Made by a program: the position numbers and the translations under genes. Below, in pieces: positions 26,521 through 39,119 of a DNA stretch of 64,000 nt. The stretch is from Lingula anatina (taxonomy: Eukaryota > Animalia > Brachiopoda), in assembly GCA_051362555.1 (NCBI GenBank), contig CM120642.1, forward strand, positions 23,560,001 to 23,624,000, in the 5' to 3' direction. Within the stretch, counting starts at the first letter, position 1, and each line of letters opens with the position of its first letter. The notes beneath the pieces were generated by a model. The model saw nothing but the letters and a program-made list of their open reading frames with translations, had not been told where the DNA came from and did no database searches.

Positions 26521-28815
26521 AAGAGTAGGCTGTAAGGTGCTGCCCCCTATTGCTGATAGGAAGTATTAAGTAGCATATGGTTTTCTTCTGATTGTTTTTT
26601 AATGAGATTCCTTGAGGGGGTTTAAATTTCCTAGCCAGAGAGCACAGCACATTCCTTTGTTCAGTTCTTGTGAAGAAGAAAACATGTTTTGATAATCCCA
26701 GAAGTTGTTCAAGCCTAGTGTATACTGTTGTGTTTTTATCAGTTTCAATTTAAAGTGTGCACTAAATGTGCGTCTCATTGTCACCTTTGATTAACACAGC
26801 TTTTCGCACTGGAATGACCAGAGCAACGTGCCCCTCTAGTCAGCTTTAATTAACGAACGCCTTTTTCCGAGCGCCCTTTTGGTCAAGGGAGCTCCGAGCG
26901 CCTTTTGCACTGGACTGCCCTAAGCAGGAGCCCTTTCTGTCAGTTCTAATTAAGGAGTGCCTCTTCCGGGATCCGGGATCCCCAGAACTTTTTTTTTTTG
27001 AGCTCCTCCGGCCCGTGCCGCTGGAGCACTATAAAAGGGTTGTGGTTCATAGCAAAAGAACATGGCATTAGAGATTAGAGATTGCATTAGAGATTGGATT
27101 AGATTAGATTAGATTGGAGTACAGAGCGTAGCACAGAACAGAGTAGAGATTAGTGATTTGAACACATGTAGAGATGATCAAGATAACCGAAAGTTGTGAC
27201 TTTTGAACTTAACTTAGTTGAATAAACTTCATAGTTTTATTTTCAACTGGTGGCAGCGTTTATTTTGAACTTCATCAGTCGCGTTCTGAAGAGGAAGTAA
27301 GAACTTGACAATACCTTTTGAGAACTCTGTCCAACCAGGAATTTAAAACCCTTGTTGATTGAGGAGTATTATATAACTGGTAAAGACAGAGAGGAGAATA
27401 AACATCATATATTATTCCAACAAGACTTTTCTAACACTAGGGGTGTTATAGTTTAAAATTCCTAGAGTGACTTAACTCCCTGAAGTTTAACATTCCTATG
27501 AGATCCTAGTAGTATGGATATCCTGAAAGAAGAGGACGGAATTGTCCTAGTAAGTCCACCCATGTCAGATGCAAGTAAAGAACTGGACACTTCATCTGAA
27601 CATCAAAACATAGAATTAAAGAAACAGCAGCTGATTATGGAGTTTGAGGAAAAGAAGGCCCTGCCTGAGATGGAGAGACAGCCTCAGCAGCTGCGGCTTA
27701 TGAAGGAGAAGATACTAAACTGACGCGGGGCATTTGTGAAATTTATTTTGAGTGAGTGAATGCAACGATTAAGAAGTACAACAAAATTGCACGTCAGACG
27801 CGCTGATAACTGAATATGGATGAAGATATTATACTTAATATTATGATAGAGGGTGAACACACTTGGACCCAGGAGGGGATCGAACAACCAAATACTTTAT
27901 ACCACCTTTCAATTAAACAATTGAACACTGGACTTTCCAATTTTAAGGAATCTCAATTTATAATGTATTTTGGAAAATTATTGAGAGAAAATATTTTGAC
28001 TGAAATGGGTAAAGATTGGATTATTGACAATTTGAATGACTGCAAAGATACCTGGCAAATTTCTAAAAAGCCGAACATTTAATCAAACTATTAAGTTCTG
28101 CCCTGTATTGCCAATGGCTAAAAAGAGTAGGCTGTAAGGTGCTGCCCCCTATTGCTGATAGAGAGTATTAAGTAGCATATGATTTTCCTCTGATTGTTTT
28201 TTAATGAGATTCCTTGAAGGGATTTAAATTTTCCTAGCCAGAGAGCACAGCACATTCCTTTGTTCAGTTCTTGTGAAGAAGAAAACATGTTTTGATAACC
28301 CCAGAAGTTGTTCAAGCCTAGTGTATACCTTTTGAGAACACTGTCTAACCAGAGATTATAAACCATCATTGATTGACAAGTATTATGTAACTGGTAAAGA
28401 CAGAGAGGAGAATAAACATATATTATTCCAACAAGACTTTATTCCTTTTCTAACACTAGGGGTGTTATAGTTTAAAATTCCTGGAGTGACTTAAATCCCC
28501 GATGTTTAATATTCCTGTGAGATCCTAGTAATATGGATATCCTGAAAGAAGAGGACGGAATTGTCCTAGGAAGTCCACCCATGTCAGATGCAAGTAAAGA
28601 ATTGGACGCTTTATCTGAACAACAAAACAGAATTAAAGATACATCAGCTGATTATGGAGTTTGAGGAAAAGAAGGCCCTGCCTGATATGGGGAGACAGCG
28701 TCAGCAGCTGCGGCTTATAAAGGAGAAGATACTAAACTGATGCGGGGCATTTGTGGAATTTATTTTGAGTGAGTGAATGCAACGATTAAGAAGTACAACA
28801 AAATTGCACATCAGG
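26521..28815 (+). repeat. Local direct duplication of about 0.7 kb (26521-27797 including the LTR, and 28123-28815)
   Basis: Both copies run aagagtaggctgtaaggtgctg ... aagtacaacaaaattgcac and contain the MDILKEEDGIVL coiled-coil-like fragment. Confidence 0.9.
26726..27310 (+). mobile_element. Solo LTR, 585 bp, Gypsy-like
   Basis: TGT...ACA termini, 4-bp TSD ATAC, TATAAAA at about 27030 and AATAAA at 27221. The empty site gtgtataccttttgag is present in the duplicate at about 28321. Confidence 0.9.
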
Positions 28816-30718
28816 CACCCCAAGGATGACAGATGTGATTCTTTTTCAAGTCGTAGAAAATGACGTGAGGGGATCGCCATTTGACCCACCAAAGATGATG
28901 GACCACCAAAGAAGATTACCACACTGAACCTTCTGATTCTGGAGCATTTTCCCTGCATTACAATCTTCTGGGGCCAGCTTCTCTACAGGTCCTCCCCCAG
29001 TTGTGGGTACCTGCCAACCAGAGAGGACCAAGACAGATATAACCTAACAATAGCAAAAGTGAACAATGCCATGAAAGAAACCTTTTAAGGCCAAGACAGG
29101 GTTCACTTTTTAGGACATGTAGGGGCCACCTTCAACTGGTCAAAAAACCTGCTACCAGATGGAGTTCACATGAATGCAACAGGCACAAACATGCTCTGGC
29201 AATCATTCAGGGGTGCTGTGCTCATCGCAAGCAAGAGTAAGTCAGTCTAATCAATTCAGTACAGGGGCATACATTTAGCTTTGTATAACATAGAATTTTC
29301 AGCTAGTATGAGAGCAGCCTGCTCCAAACTAAGTAGCACCTAAGTCACCTTTATCCCATGATCACCCAAATAAGGGATCTTAAAAGGTTTACAGATAAAA
29401 ACACATAACCTGAAAATTTCTCAACGCAAAATGAACGGAACGAGGAAGGTCAGATCACAATGATCCTTGCCCCTTCTCCCAAGAAATCTGATTTAACCTC
29501 CCTCCAGTGGTGCCAAGCCTGGCAAATCTTTTCGGCCATCTATCTACAAAAATTTCCTGATCATCAAGCCATCCCCCTTTTTGGTTTATGCCCACAGGGT
29601 TATCGCGATGTTCCCTAACAAAGCAGCAAATTGGAGGGTTTACGATGAGAGGTTCCGGCTAAAACGAGCCAGCGAAGGCATCACGTGGGAGGAGGAGGAC
29701 TCCGTAGTTTATGGACTCTCTCTGGGAACCCCAAAATTGGACAATATTCGTCCTCCTGAGGTGTGTAAAAACTTCAACAGAAGAAAGTGTTCATTTACGT
29801 GTTGCAGATATCAGCACAAATGCTATCTATGCAACAAAGATCACCCCCTTTCTATATGCCCCTCAGCCTTACCTAGGCATTTTACTTCCCCTTACCCCAG
29901 AAAACCCTTCACTAACAGCCATTACACCCTTTCTAGCCACCAAAAGTCCCAAAATTTCCGACCCAAGTTCCACAAAAAATCCATGTAACCCAATTCACAA
30001 AATTATCAAAATTAATGAGCCCTCATTACCTTTGGACCAAAACATTGTTACCCCCCTAAACCACACTGCATTGGAAAACCTTTTAGAGGATTCCCATATC
30101 ACAAAATTTTTAACTTATGGCTTCAGAGAAGGATTTATCATCCCTTACCAAGGCGAGTTACCTCACTCTCCCCCACAAAAATCTAAAAAACATGAACATT
30201 CCGAGAAACTAAAGGAAAAGATTGATTCAGAAATTCAGGCCAGACGAATAGGCCCCTTTCCCACCCCCCCCTTCCACTTTTTTACCATATCCCTAGTTTC
30301 TGTAGTTCTGAAGAAGACCCCTGGAAAATTCAGTTTTATTCACAATCTCTCTTATCCTAAACATCACTCGGTCAATGATGGCACTGATGATAAATTTGCC
30401 TCAGTGTCCTACGCCACTGTTTCAGATGTCATACAACTCACAAAATCCCTAGGAAAAAAAACTTTTGGCTAAGACTGACATCCTAAATGCATTCAGAATC
30501 TTACGAATGGGGCTACGTTCAATTTACCAAAAGTTTGAAATTTTTAGTTCGGCGATTGAGTGGATTGCCAAAGAAAAATTTGACATACCTGACATGCCAA
30601 AGAAAAATTTGACATACCTGACATCCTACACTTGCTGGATGATTTCCTTATACTGGCTCCAACTAAATAGGAATGCCAAGACCTACTTGACCATTTTAAA
30701 ATTCTGTGCAAAATCATA
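28815..30718 (+). mobile_element. Ngaro/DIRS-group retrotransposon fragment: SGNH hydrolase, gag-like ORF and overlapping RT (degenerate)
   Basis: SGNH: ENDVRGSP..FWGQL..LLPDGVHMN. Gag: WCQAWQIFSAIY..WRVYDERFR..CKNFNRRKC..CRYQHKCYLC..H. RT in an overlapping frame: GFREGF..GPFPTPPF..KKTPGKF..IHNLSYP..SVNDG..AKTDILNAFR..HLLDDF. Confidence 0.85.
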
Positions 30719-31135
30719 GAGAATGGCCTTAGTTTGAATGATTGTCTGGAAACTGGTCCGTCATTGATTCCCAACTTAGTGGAAGTGCTGTTGAGGTTTA
30801 GAAGGTGGTTAGTGGCCTTAACTGTAGACATTTCCAAGGCATTTCTTCAGATTGCTCTGAAGGAAGAGGACAAAGGTGTACACAGATTTATGTGGAGTGT
30901 GGATGGTAGGAAAAGTGTCATGAGGTTTAATAGGGTAACTTTTGGTGTGAAGTCGAGCCCTTTCCTTTTGAGTGCTACCATCGGTCACCATTTGAGTACA
31001 TGTGAGCCCTCTGATGTGGTGAGACAGCTCAAAGAAAACCTTTATGTGGATGATTGGTTGTCTGGGGCCGATTCTGCCCAAGAGGCCAGTGACATGTACA
31101 GTGGATCGGTACGTATTATGGATAAAACCAATGTG
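30719..31135 (+). mobile_element. BEL/Pao retrotransposon reverse transcriptase fragment
   Basis: SLNDCLETGPSL..VLLRFR..DISKAFLQI..HRFMW..FNRVTFGVKSSPFLL..NLYVDD. Confidence 0.9.
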
Positions 31136-32031
31136 AAAGCCAGAACTACCGCTCGGCAAGCGACGGTGGGACGGGGACACAACAGAACTGACTGATTTCA
31201 CTGCAACGAAGCTAGCCAGAATGGAAGATGGAATAAACAAGAAATTGGCGCAGGTGACACAAGAGGAGAACCAATCACCTGCGAGCGAACTTCAGGGAGC
31301 TAAAGGAAAAGCTCGATCAAAACACGTGCCAGACCCAGGCCTATCAAAAACAACTGGCCGAGCACCTGAAGATGGATATCCGACATGTCATCTCGAGTGC
31401 AGATGCCATGAGCAGGACCAGGCTGTTGTCCATAGAATTCATTTCCGCCCTAGAAACACTGGTCAAGGAAGCCAGAAGATTTTAAAGTGAGAACTCACTG
31501 ACGTTTTAGATTCAAAGCCGATGTTGGGCGTGGATATCCTTATGGTCAAAGGACTAGCCACCAAAATGACTACCGTCATAGTAGAAGATGGAACCCACTC
31601 CATCCCTGTAAACTTGTGGCGTGATGCCTCATCTTCTCCAGTCAAGGTCGGCAGTTCTGCAGAATTCCCTGGCAGTATAAATTTAAATTCATTTGAAAAA
31701 CGCCTTGTATGCCACATTAACAATCCAAAAGATGTGGAGGTAAAAACTGTTTGTTTTTTTTTTGTAATCCATACTAAACAGTCTTTATATGTTGAGGAAG
31801 TTATTTCAATTAAACAATTCCACATCACTGACATGTATATCCATCCATTAAAAATTAATACTATATCAATTGAATTAAACCATGCAAAGATGCCAATACC
31901 TACTTCACATTACTAGGTAGTCATGTTCTAAAATCTGTTTAAAAGTGCACCAAAATTCAGTTCATTTCACACGAAAAATTGCCCTCCTTGCAACTTACAT
32001 TGTTCTCATCATTAATATTTTCATGCAATTT

Positions 32032-33620
32032 CAGGGCTAGACACTAACTTTTATGAGCACCTGTCCTTCGGACAGGTGGTCACAAATTTGACCTGTCCGA
32101 TTTTCAAACCAACCTGTCCAACAAAACCAATATTTTTTTTTCTATTCATACCCAGAACTTTGTAAATGTGTAGTCATACATTTAATGTATCTATTATCAA
32201 AATACTCAATCAAATGAGCTGGGAAAATGCACCTTAAAGTGAATTTATTTTCAGGTAAAAAGTTGTTTTTTCATACTTGTGAACCTCTGAAGATTAAATC
32301 TTGCATATAAGGCTGTATTCCCAGAGCTTTTAGATCGATCTATCCCCGCGGGGAGTCTCACTAGATTACTGTCAGATAATCTGGCTTAAATGTCCTTCCC
32401 ACCTACTACAAGCTGTACGGGGGAAATTAACTTTCGTGTCCGCCTGGCTGACAGCTATTTTGCGTGAACCCCTAGGGAGTTAGGTTGATCTAAAGTAGAT
32501 TGATCTAATCTTTGGAAATGGGGTCTAAGTCTGATTTAACATAGTTCCAATCAGGGCTTCTCCTAGGATTTGGGGTACAGGGTCTACTAATTGTAAATCT
32601 GCAATTTGATAACAGATTACATGAAGTTTAACCACAGCTAAAAAAAAAAAAAATACTCTGAGCGGGAAGTGGGGAGGGGGTACTGTTAAATTAATTTTAT
32701 TAAAATATTCAAAATTAATAATATTTGAATATAGTTCAATGAAAAGTTAAATAATATTCATTTTATAATACTTATATCTTTGTTAACAATTTAACTTCTT
32801 TTCTGGATTATCATGTGTTTGATTTTTTTAAATATATGAATTAAATAAAATCAATATAAAATGTTCCCCTTCTTTTTATTTAAATTCTCATATTTGTTAT
32901 TACTAATTTCTTCCTTACATCAATATCATACTGGTACATGACAGCAATGTTAATTTATCATATTCCAGCTGAGCACTATTTTTTAACTGTAAATAACAAA
33001 GGTGATACTAAAATAATTAAAGAAAACATCATACAAAATTTCAGGTTATATTTTGGCAAATAAACAACATTTCAACAAGATCTTCAGTCCAAAAGATTTC
33101 ACTTTCTATAGTGAGTAGATAGCATACAACGTATTTGATTGACAGGCAGTATGTTGCCTTGACAACGAACTAGATATAGCCAGTTCATCCAGTTCAATCT
33201 GGCTTTGTACCCAGGCAGCACAGTACTTGTGTAGTTTCTGTTTTTTGAACGGTCTTTATTACTAGAGCACGTAGATTTTGAACTAAATAAATATAAAGTA
33301 AAGAACCTGATATGTGAATAAATTTTGTCTGATGAAGTTCTGGAGGGTGTTCTCTTTCATAATTTGGCGGTAAGTTTACTCAGACTTCGTTTTGTGACTG
33401 CATGTGTTTTGTGCCGAAAGTAGGTCACTTTTCAATGCCGTCTAGGAAGGGAATAAAAGACGTTAGTATGCAACAAAATATATCTTTTTTAAAGACTTTT
33501 GCTCCAAATTTCTCACAAAGCATGACCTGTCCGTCGGACAGCCAACCCTGCAACTTCACCTGTCCGAACTGATTTTTTACCTGTCCCGGACAGGCGGACA
33601 GGCGCTAATGTCGAGCCCTG
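32032..33620. mobile_element. Non-autonomous hAT (hAT5-like) element in an OB-gene intron
   Basis: TIRs CAGGGCTAGACACTA / TAATGTCGAGCCCTG, subterminal cctgtcc/ggacagg motifs and a 5-bp AATTT duplication. Confidence 0.85.
32311..32525. mobile_element. Nested Harbinger-type MITE
   Basis: TAA flanks and imperfect inverted ends (ggctgtattccca..tagatcgatcta / tagattgatcta..tggaaatggggtc). Confidence 0.6.
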
Positions 33621-36600
33621 AATTTAGAAACTTTCAGTGTTAAAACCAACAAACATGATGCCAAAAATTATCAAACACATCTCAGTGTTTCCATGTCTTT
33701 TACATTTTAAAAATGTGCATCCATACTTAAAACTTGAATATAAACCATACATGCATGATTTCATCCCAACAAGCAAGAATACATATATTGTACCCAGGTC
33801 AACACTGTCCTTAGACCTGTAATTTTACTACAATTAAATGTTTTATATAATAACTAATGAATACATTGTTTTAGGTATGTCTTCTTTGTTCATTTCAGAT
33901 ACAACCAAGCATGGATGTGGATAAACAACTGACAGTGATTGCTCTTTCCTCCTATGACGATGGGGATTTCCTCTTCCTAACTGAAGAGTTAGACGGGGAA
34001 ACAGCAATGAAGAAAGAAATTGCTGAGGGACTCTTTCTAATTACCAGCGAGGAAGGCATAACGACTGAATTGCCCATGAAAATACATGCCTCAATTAGTG
34101 AGGACAAGATCGTCAAAGCAAGTAAAGATGGAACATGTTTCCATTTTATCCAATTATTACAGTTTCAAAACTATTATCAAAATAACTTATATATTTATAT
34201 ACAAAGTAAATTACATCAATTACAATGCAGCCTGAGTTGGAAAAGCAGTCTAATTGGCTTCTTTTTCTGAAGTTATACATTTTAGTGAAATATTCATTTT
34301 TATCATGTTGGCATATTTATTGTGGGACTCAGAGCTCCCATGGATATAAAGCCGAATGGTAATCAAATTTTCTACATGTCCATGCTATTTATAGCCAATA
34401 AAAAAATTGGTGATAATTATTCTGTAATCTATTATGTAATGATACATCAACAAAAATCTTTTTGCGCTGCTACTACAAACATTATGAAAAGAAAACTATG
34501 TTACTTATTATTATTTTTAACTTACAAGTATGATTTTGAGGATTGGCATGCAGTTCAAATTAGAAAGCCAGCTCAATTGGGTTATCATTTATTATTGAAT
34601 TCATGCAGTGTGTGAAATTTTCATTTTTCTCATTCTGGCATTTTCAAAGTGTGAACTCTCATGGTCCTGAAGCCTTATGCTTGTTTTTAAAATTTATGAA
34701 CTTATTCAATTTCCTTTCTTGCAGAACCACATGCACATCTGTTATTCCTGATAAGATAAAAGCCCTGGCTCAGCAAATGGTGAAACCAATGGAAAGAACA
34801 GTTAGAGAAGTAAAGGATATGTTTCAAAGAGGATGTACCAGGGCCTTATTTTCAGGAACAGTAACAAAGGTATGACTAATTATTTAAGTTAGGTATATTC
34901 TATTAAACATATTTAATGTATCATAAAAAAATCTATTCATTACTGCACATTTAACATGTCCACTGTATTTAATGTCACATTTCTATACAAACTAAATATC
35001 CTTTCATACAACTCCTGCAGTTTTTTTCAAAATTCTAATAAAATTCCAACCTTTATTTCTTTCTCTTTAACAAATGGAAACCAAAGAAGTCATTGTAAAA
35101 AATGAGGCAACAGCACTAAACCAAATGACAGTTACAGATGCCACAGGCTCTTTAACGGTCAATTTGTGGAGAACAGCAACTACATCCCCAATTAAACTGG
35201 GAAGTCGTTTGTCAGTTGAAGGCAACCTCCACTTCAATACATATGAAAACCAACTGGTATGCCATGTCAATTCACCAGAAAACGTACAGGTAACCACACA
35301 TTGAACATCTTTCCTCTTTAACTGTTTTTAAAATAATGCTGATAATTTCCTATACTGTTTTTCAAGAAAACATCAACATTATACAAGCATTACAGATTAA
35401 AACAAAAGTCCACACACAGGTCACCCACATATACATGTCATGCTTCATAGAAAAACATTATTACTGAGACCACTAAAAACCATTACTAACTTACATAGAA
35501 TAGCCTTCTCTGTTATAATTAAATATATTTTTACTTATTTCTTTATTATTCCAGATTCAAGAAAGTGTCCGCATAGAGAAAGCCATCAAGTTACTGGGGA
35601 TCAGTCGTGACCAGACAACTCAAGGCATCCTCTTCTTTACTGAAGAAGAACAGGAATTAAATATGTCTTTGGAAGAAGCAAGAAAAATATGGGCCCACCC
35701 ATCAGAGGATGAAATAAGCACAACCCTACCAATGAATATCACTTGCGCAATCACTGAAGGACAAATAACAGATGTAGCAATACAGGGTAATTGTTAAAAC
35801 CATGCCATACCATATACTATAAATACTATAATCAAAATTAATAACTTTCCTTATCTTAATAACTTAATATTATGAGATGCTAACTGAAACAACAACGTAA
35901 TATGAGCATACATACACAGCTATTGATCCAGTCCTCTGCCTCCTTGGCAGTGCTGTGAAAAAAAACTGTTTAAATATACATGAAATCCTACATTTTTAAA
36001 AAATTTTCAAACTATGATCATGTACTGTTACATTATGATTTTAAAGCCTCACTCAGAGTTTTCCATTTTTTATTATCTTCAGTGTTCATTAATATGACAC
36101 AAACATTATCTTAGCATATAACAAATGACATTACCTCTTGTTACTGTTATGCATATAACTGTAACTTATATTAGCTTTTAATAAATTACACAGATATAAA
36201 ACCTTCAAACATAAGCCAGCCCACCATGCCAGAGCCAGATACCTCTCTAAGCCAGCTCACCATACCATGGCCAGGTACCTCTGTTTGAAATAGCATTATG
36301 GTAAGCTTTCTTTCTTTTTTATTGTAATATTATATTGTTTCAACCAAAAATCAGTTATATCAAATATTATTGTTTAAGCAAATGAACAAAATTCTCATAA
36401 AACACTTGGGTGCCTTTTTGGTAAACTTCACCACATATTTTTACAGTTCAAAATTTAGTACTTAAGCACATGAGCAAATTCTACATGAAATACCTTCGTG
36501 TGTCAATAATTTCTTATAATTTCTGTTGCTAATATCAACAACAAAATTTTCAGTTATATAAATTCTATCCCTTCTATAGTTTAAAATGATATTTCAAAGA

Positions 36601-38239
36601 TCTTTTTCGTGTCTACTATGGGGTCTCAAACACTCATACTTATTTTTTTTTTTCAGCACAAAATTGGTGTCTACACCTGCCAAACCATATTCTTATTTCA
36701 CTACCAATGTAATAAGTAGACTTATTTGGTAAAGAAACAGGTTGCTAACGAAAATCAACACAATCAGTAAACATTTACAGTAGTTTTATTTATTTATTTT
36801 TATTTGCTTTATATTCTAAGAGTCACATATGTAATGCTGATAAAAGTATAATATACAAGCTGCACATTATTTTTGTCTTAATGCTGACTTTTTTTACTGC
36901 TCAATATTGGTATTCTCATTGTCTGATGTTTTTCTTTTCTTTTCTTTTTTTTTTGTTTATTATAATTTTGCCTCACTTTGGTTGTAAGTGTACTTTAGAT
37001 AATGTCTATTACATATGATATTATCTAAAACTTGTTCAGGGTTTTAAGTTTCAATCAGTACTTCTGCTAATTGTTCAAGATTTTTTCATCTAGTTAAGAG
37101 TATTAAAATTGCCTTTCTACATTATAGTCCACATGTATTGAGTTTCTTGAAGGCATTTCTTTTAACTTACATTGTTAAAAAATGTTTCATTTATTTTATT
37201 ATTATATAGCTTAGTTTTATAACTTTTTCATAGTTTAGTTATTGTTACACTTTGATGTTGAAATAAAATGTTTAACAAGTCAGCCTTGCTACTATGTACA
37301 TATGATATTATCGTCACAAGTTTTAAGTTTAAATCAGTAAATTGTTCAACCTATTCAACCTATTTTTCATGTAGTTCAGTGTATGAAAAATGCCTTTCCA
37401 CGGCAGTGCAGTTATTGTAGAGTTTGTCAAAGGCATTTCTTTGATCTTACAGTGTTAAAAATGTAACTTTACATTTTAAGACAACACATGCAAAATCCAT
37501 ATTCCAAAATCCATTAGCATATCTAGTGCTCACAATCTGTGCCCTGCACACCCCATGGCGTCACTGGTTAAAGCGCAGACCGTGATCACTAGATACCACG
37601 AATAGATTTTTTTAATTTTACGTGTGAACGCAGCCAAATAGTTATATATTAGTTTGTTTTAGTCTCTTCTTTCTTTCTTTTCCTATCTTAAAAATAAATG
37701 CACTGGAATTACTTCACTCATTAGTCATGTGAGTATTTATCTACAACTAAATTGCCATCATGCTTACACTTTTACATTTTTTAACAGATATATGACTACT
37801 ATAAATCTTTCAATTTTCACTGGCAGTGATCACTGGCGCAGAGCCCAACAGTCGGGTTTCCTGGTTCTTGGTTGTTGATGAGACACCAGTTGCAGTGCAC
37901 GGTCTGAAAAGACTGTTGATTGTAGACCTACATTCGGGTCTGCAACAAGAACTCTGTTCCAAACAGAGGTGTTCCCAGAGTGGCGATCCGTTGGGACGTA
38001 ACATAAGCCAGGACGCATATATTGAAAGGCATATATATTGAAAGACATATTTAAAGGCACATATATTGTTCCCGGAGTGGCTAACCGTTGGAACGTAGCA
38101 AAAGCCAGGCCACTGATATTGAAAGACAAATAATAAAAGGCGCAAATAATTGCTCTCGGAGTAGCAAATTATGTAGACACAGCTCAGGGCAGAGGTCCAA
38201 GATCAGAAATTTAAGTATTGAATCTCAGATATTGAACAG

Positions 38240-38779
38240 TTTATACTGAAAAGCACAAGCTCAGAAAAACAGAACAAAACAAAGCAAAAAACAAGGGCAA
38301 ATCCATTTGGCTTGTTGTGGTACAAGGTACTCTGAGCACAGTTGAGAATTGGGCCAGAAGAGAACTAACACTAAAGAATGAGGCCACACACTCTGCCATC
38401 AGTGTTAAATTTTGGCAAGAAGATATCAGAAAAATTGAAGATGTCAAAAGTGGTTGTGAAGTCATGATGTCAAAAACGTCGTAACACAAGAATATCACAA
38501 CACAATTACACTGAGATGCACTCCTGAAACTAAAATAATAATCAACTGTGAGGAAGATGGGCCCAGCACGTAGCCAGAGACAGGGCCAAATGGAAAGAAG
38601 TGACTGTGGCCTTATGTCCCACACGGGACGAAGAGCACTGATGATGATGTGAGGAAGATGAAACCACAATCACAGTTGATGCCATAAACAAAAAGGGTAA
38701 GTTTACATGATATTTAACTTGTATGTACCAGATGAATATATTATGTTTGTGTATTTGCTGATGTAGAACATATATTGCT

Positions 38780-38830
<51 letters not shown>

Positions 38831-39119
38831 CTTGCTAATTATAATTTTGACATCTGAGCAAATTCAAATATTACTGTTACATAAAAAAAGTCACATGACA
38901 AATGATGCATTCTTATCTTGTAGGGATATCTGTACCATTCTCACTGAAGATGGTGTTAAGTACACTTTAAAAAAAGAAACTAATGAGGATCTATTTGCAA
39001 GGATGTGGGAGCTGATTCCTGCCAAATTCTTTGTGAAATATTTAAAATCATCAGAAAGAGTGATTCAACAAATCCACATTCTTTATGACAGTGACGAAGT
39101 AGAGGTATGTGACATATGA
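38240..39119 (+). pseudogene. Third, divergent OB-fold-like gene remnant
   Basis: VVVQGTLSTV..RELTLKNEATHSAISVKFWQED..EVMM, with a donor at about 38697 and a next exon DICTILTEDG..IPAKFFV. It carries stops and a LINE insertion. Confidence 0.5.
38560..38647 (+). mobile_element. 5'-truncated RTE-like LINE 3' end
   Basis: 13-bp TSD tgtgaggaagatg (38547-59 and 38648-60). It encodes AQHVARDRAKWKEVTVALCPTRDEEH* and has a (TGA)n tail. The empty site is seen at about 49595. Confidence 0.85.

Larger units (their letters stand above)
31140..35797 (+). pseudogene. Two tandem paralogous multi-exon genes encoding OB-fold (RPA/SSB-like) proteins; exon pieces about 31500-31739, 33899-34121, 34725-34869, about 35067-35289, 35555-35797
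   Basis: The paired exons TTVIVEDGTHSIPVNLWR..LVCHINNPKDVE|IQPS.. and QMTVTDATGSLTVNLWR..LVCHVNSPENVQ|IQES.. share an intron position. The D.TG.I.V.LW pattern is typical of OB folds. Stops and a lost acceptor indicate decay. Confidence 0.65.
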
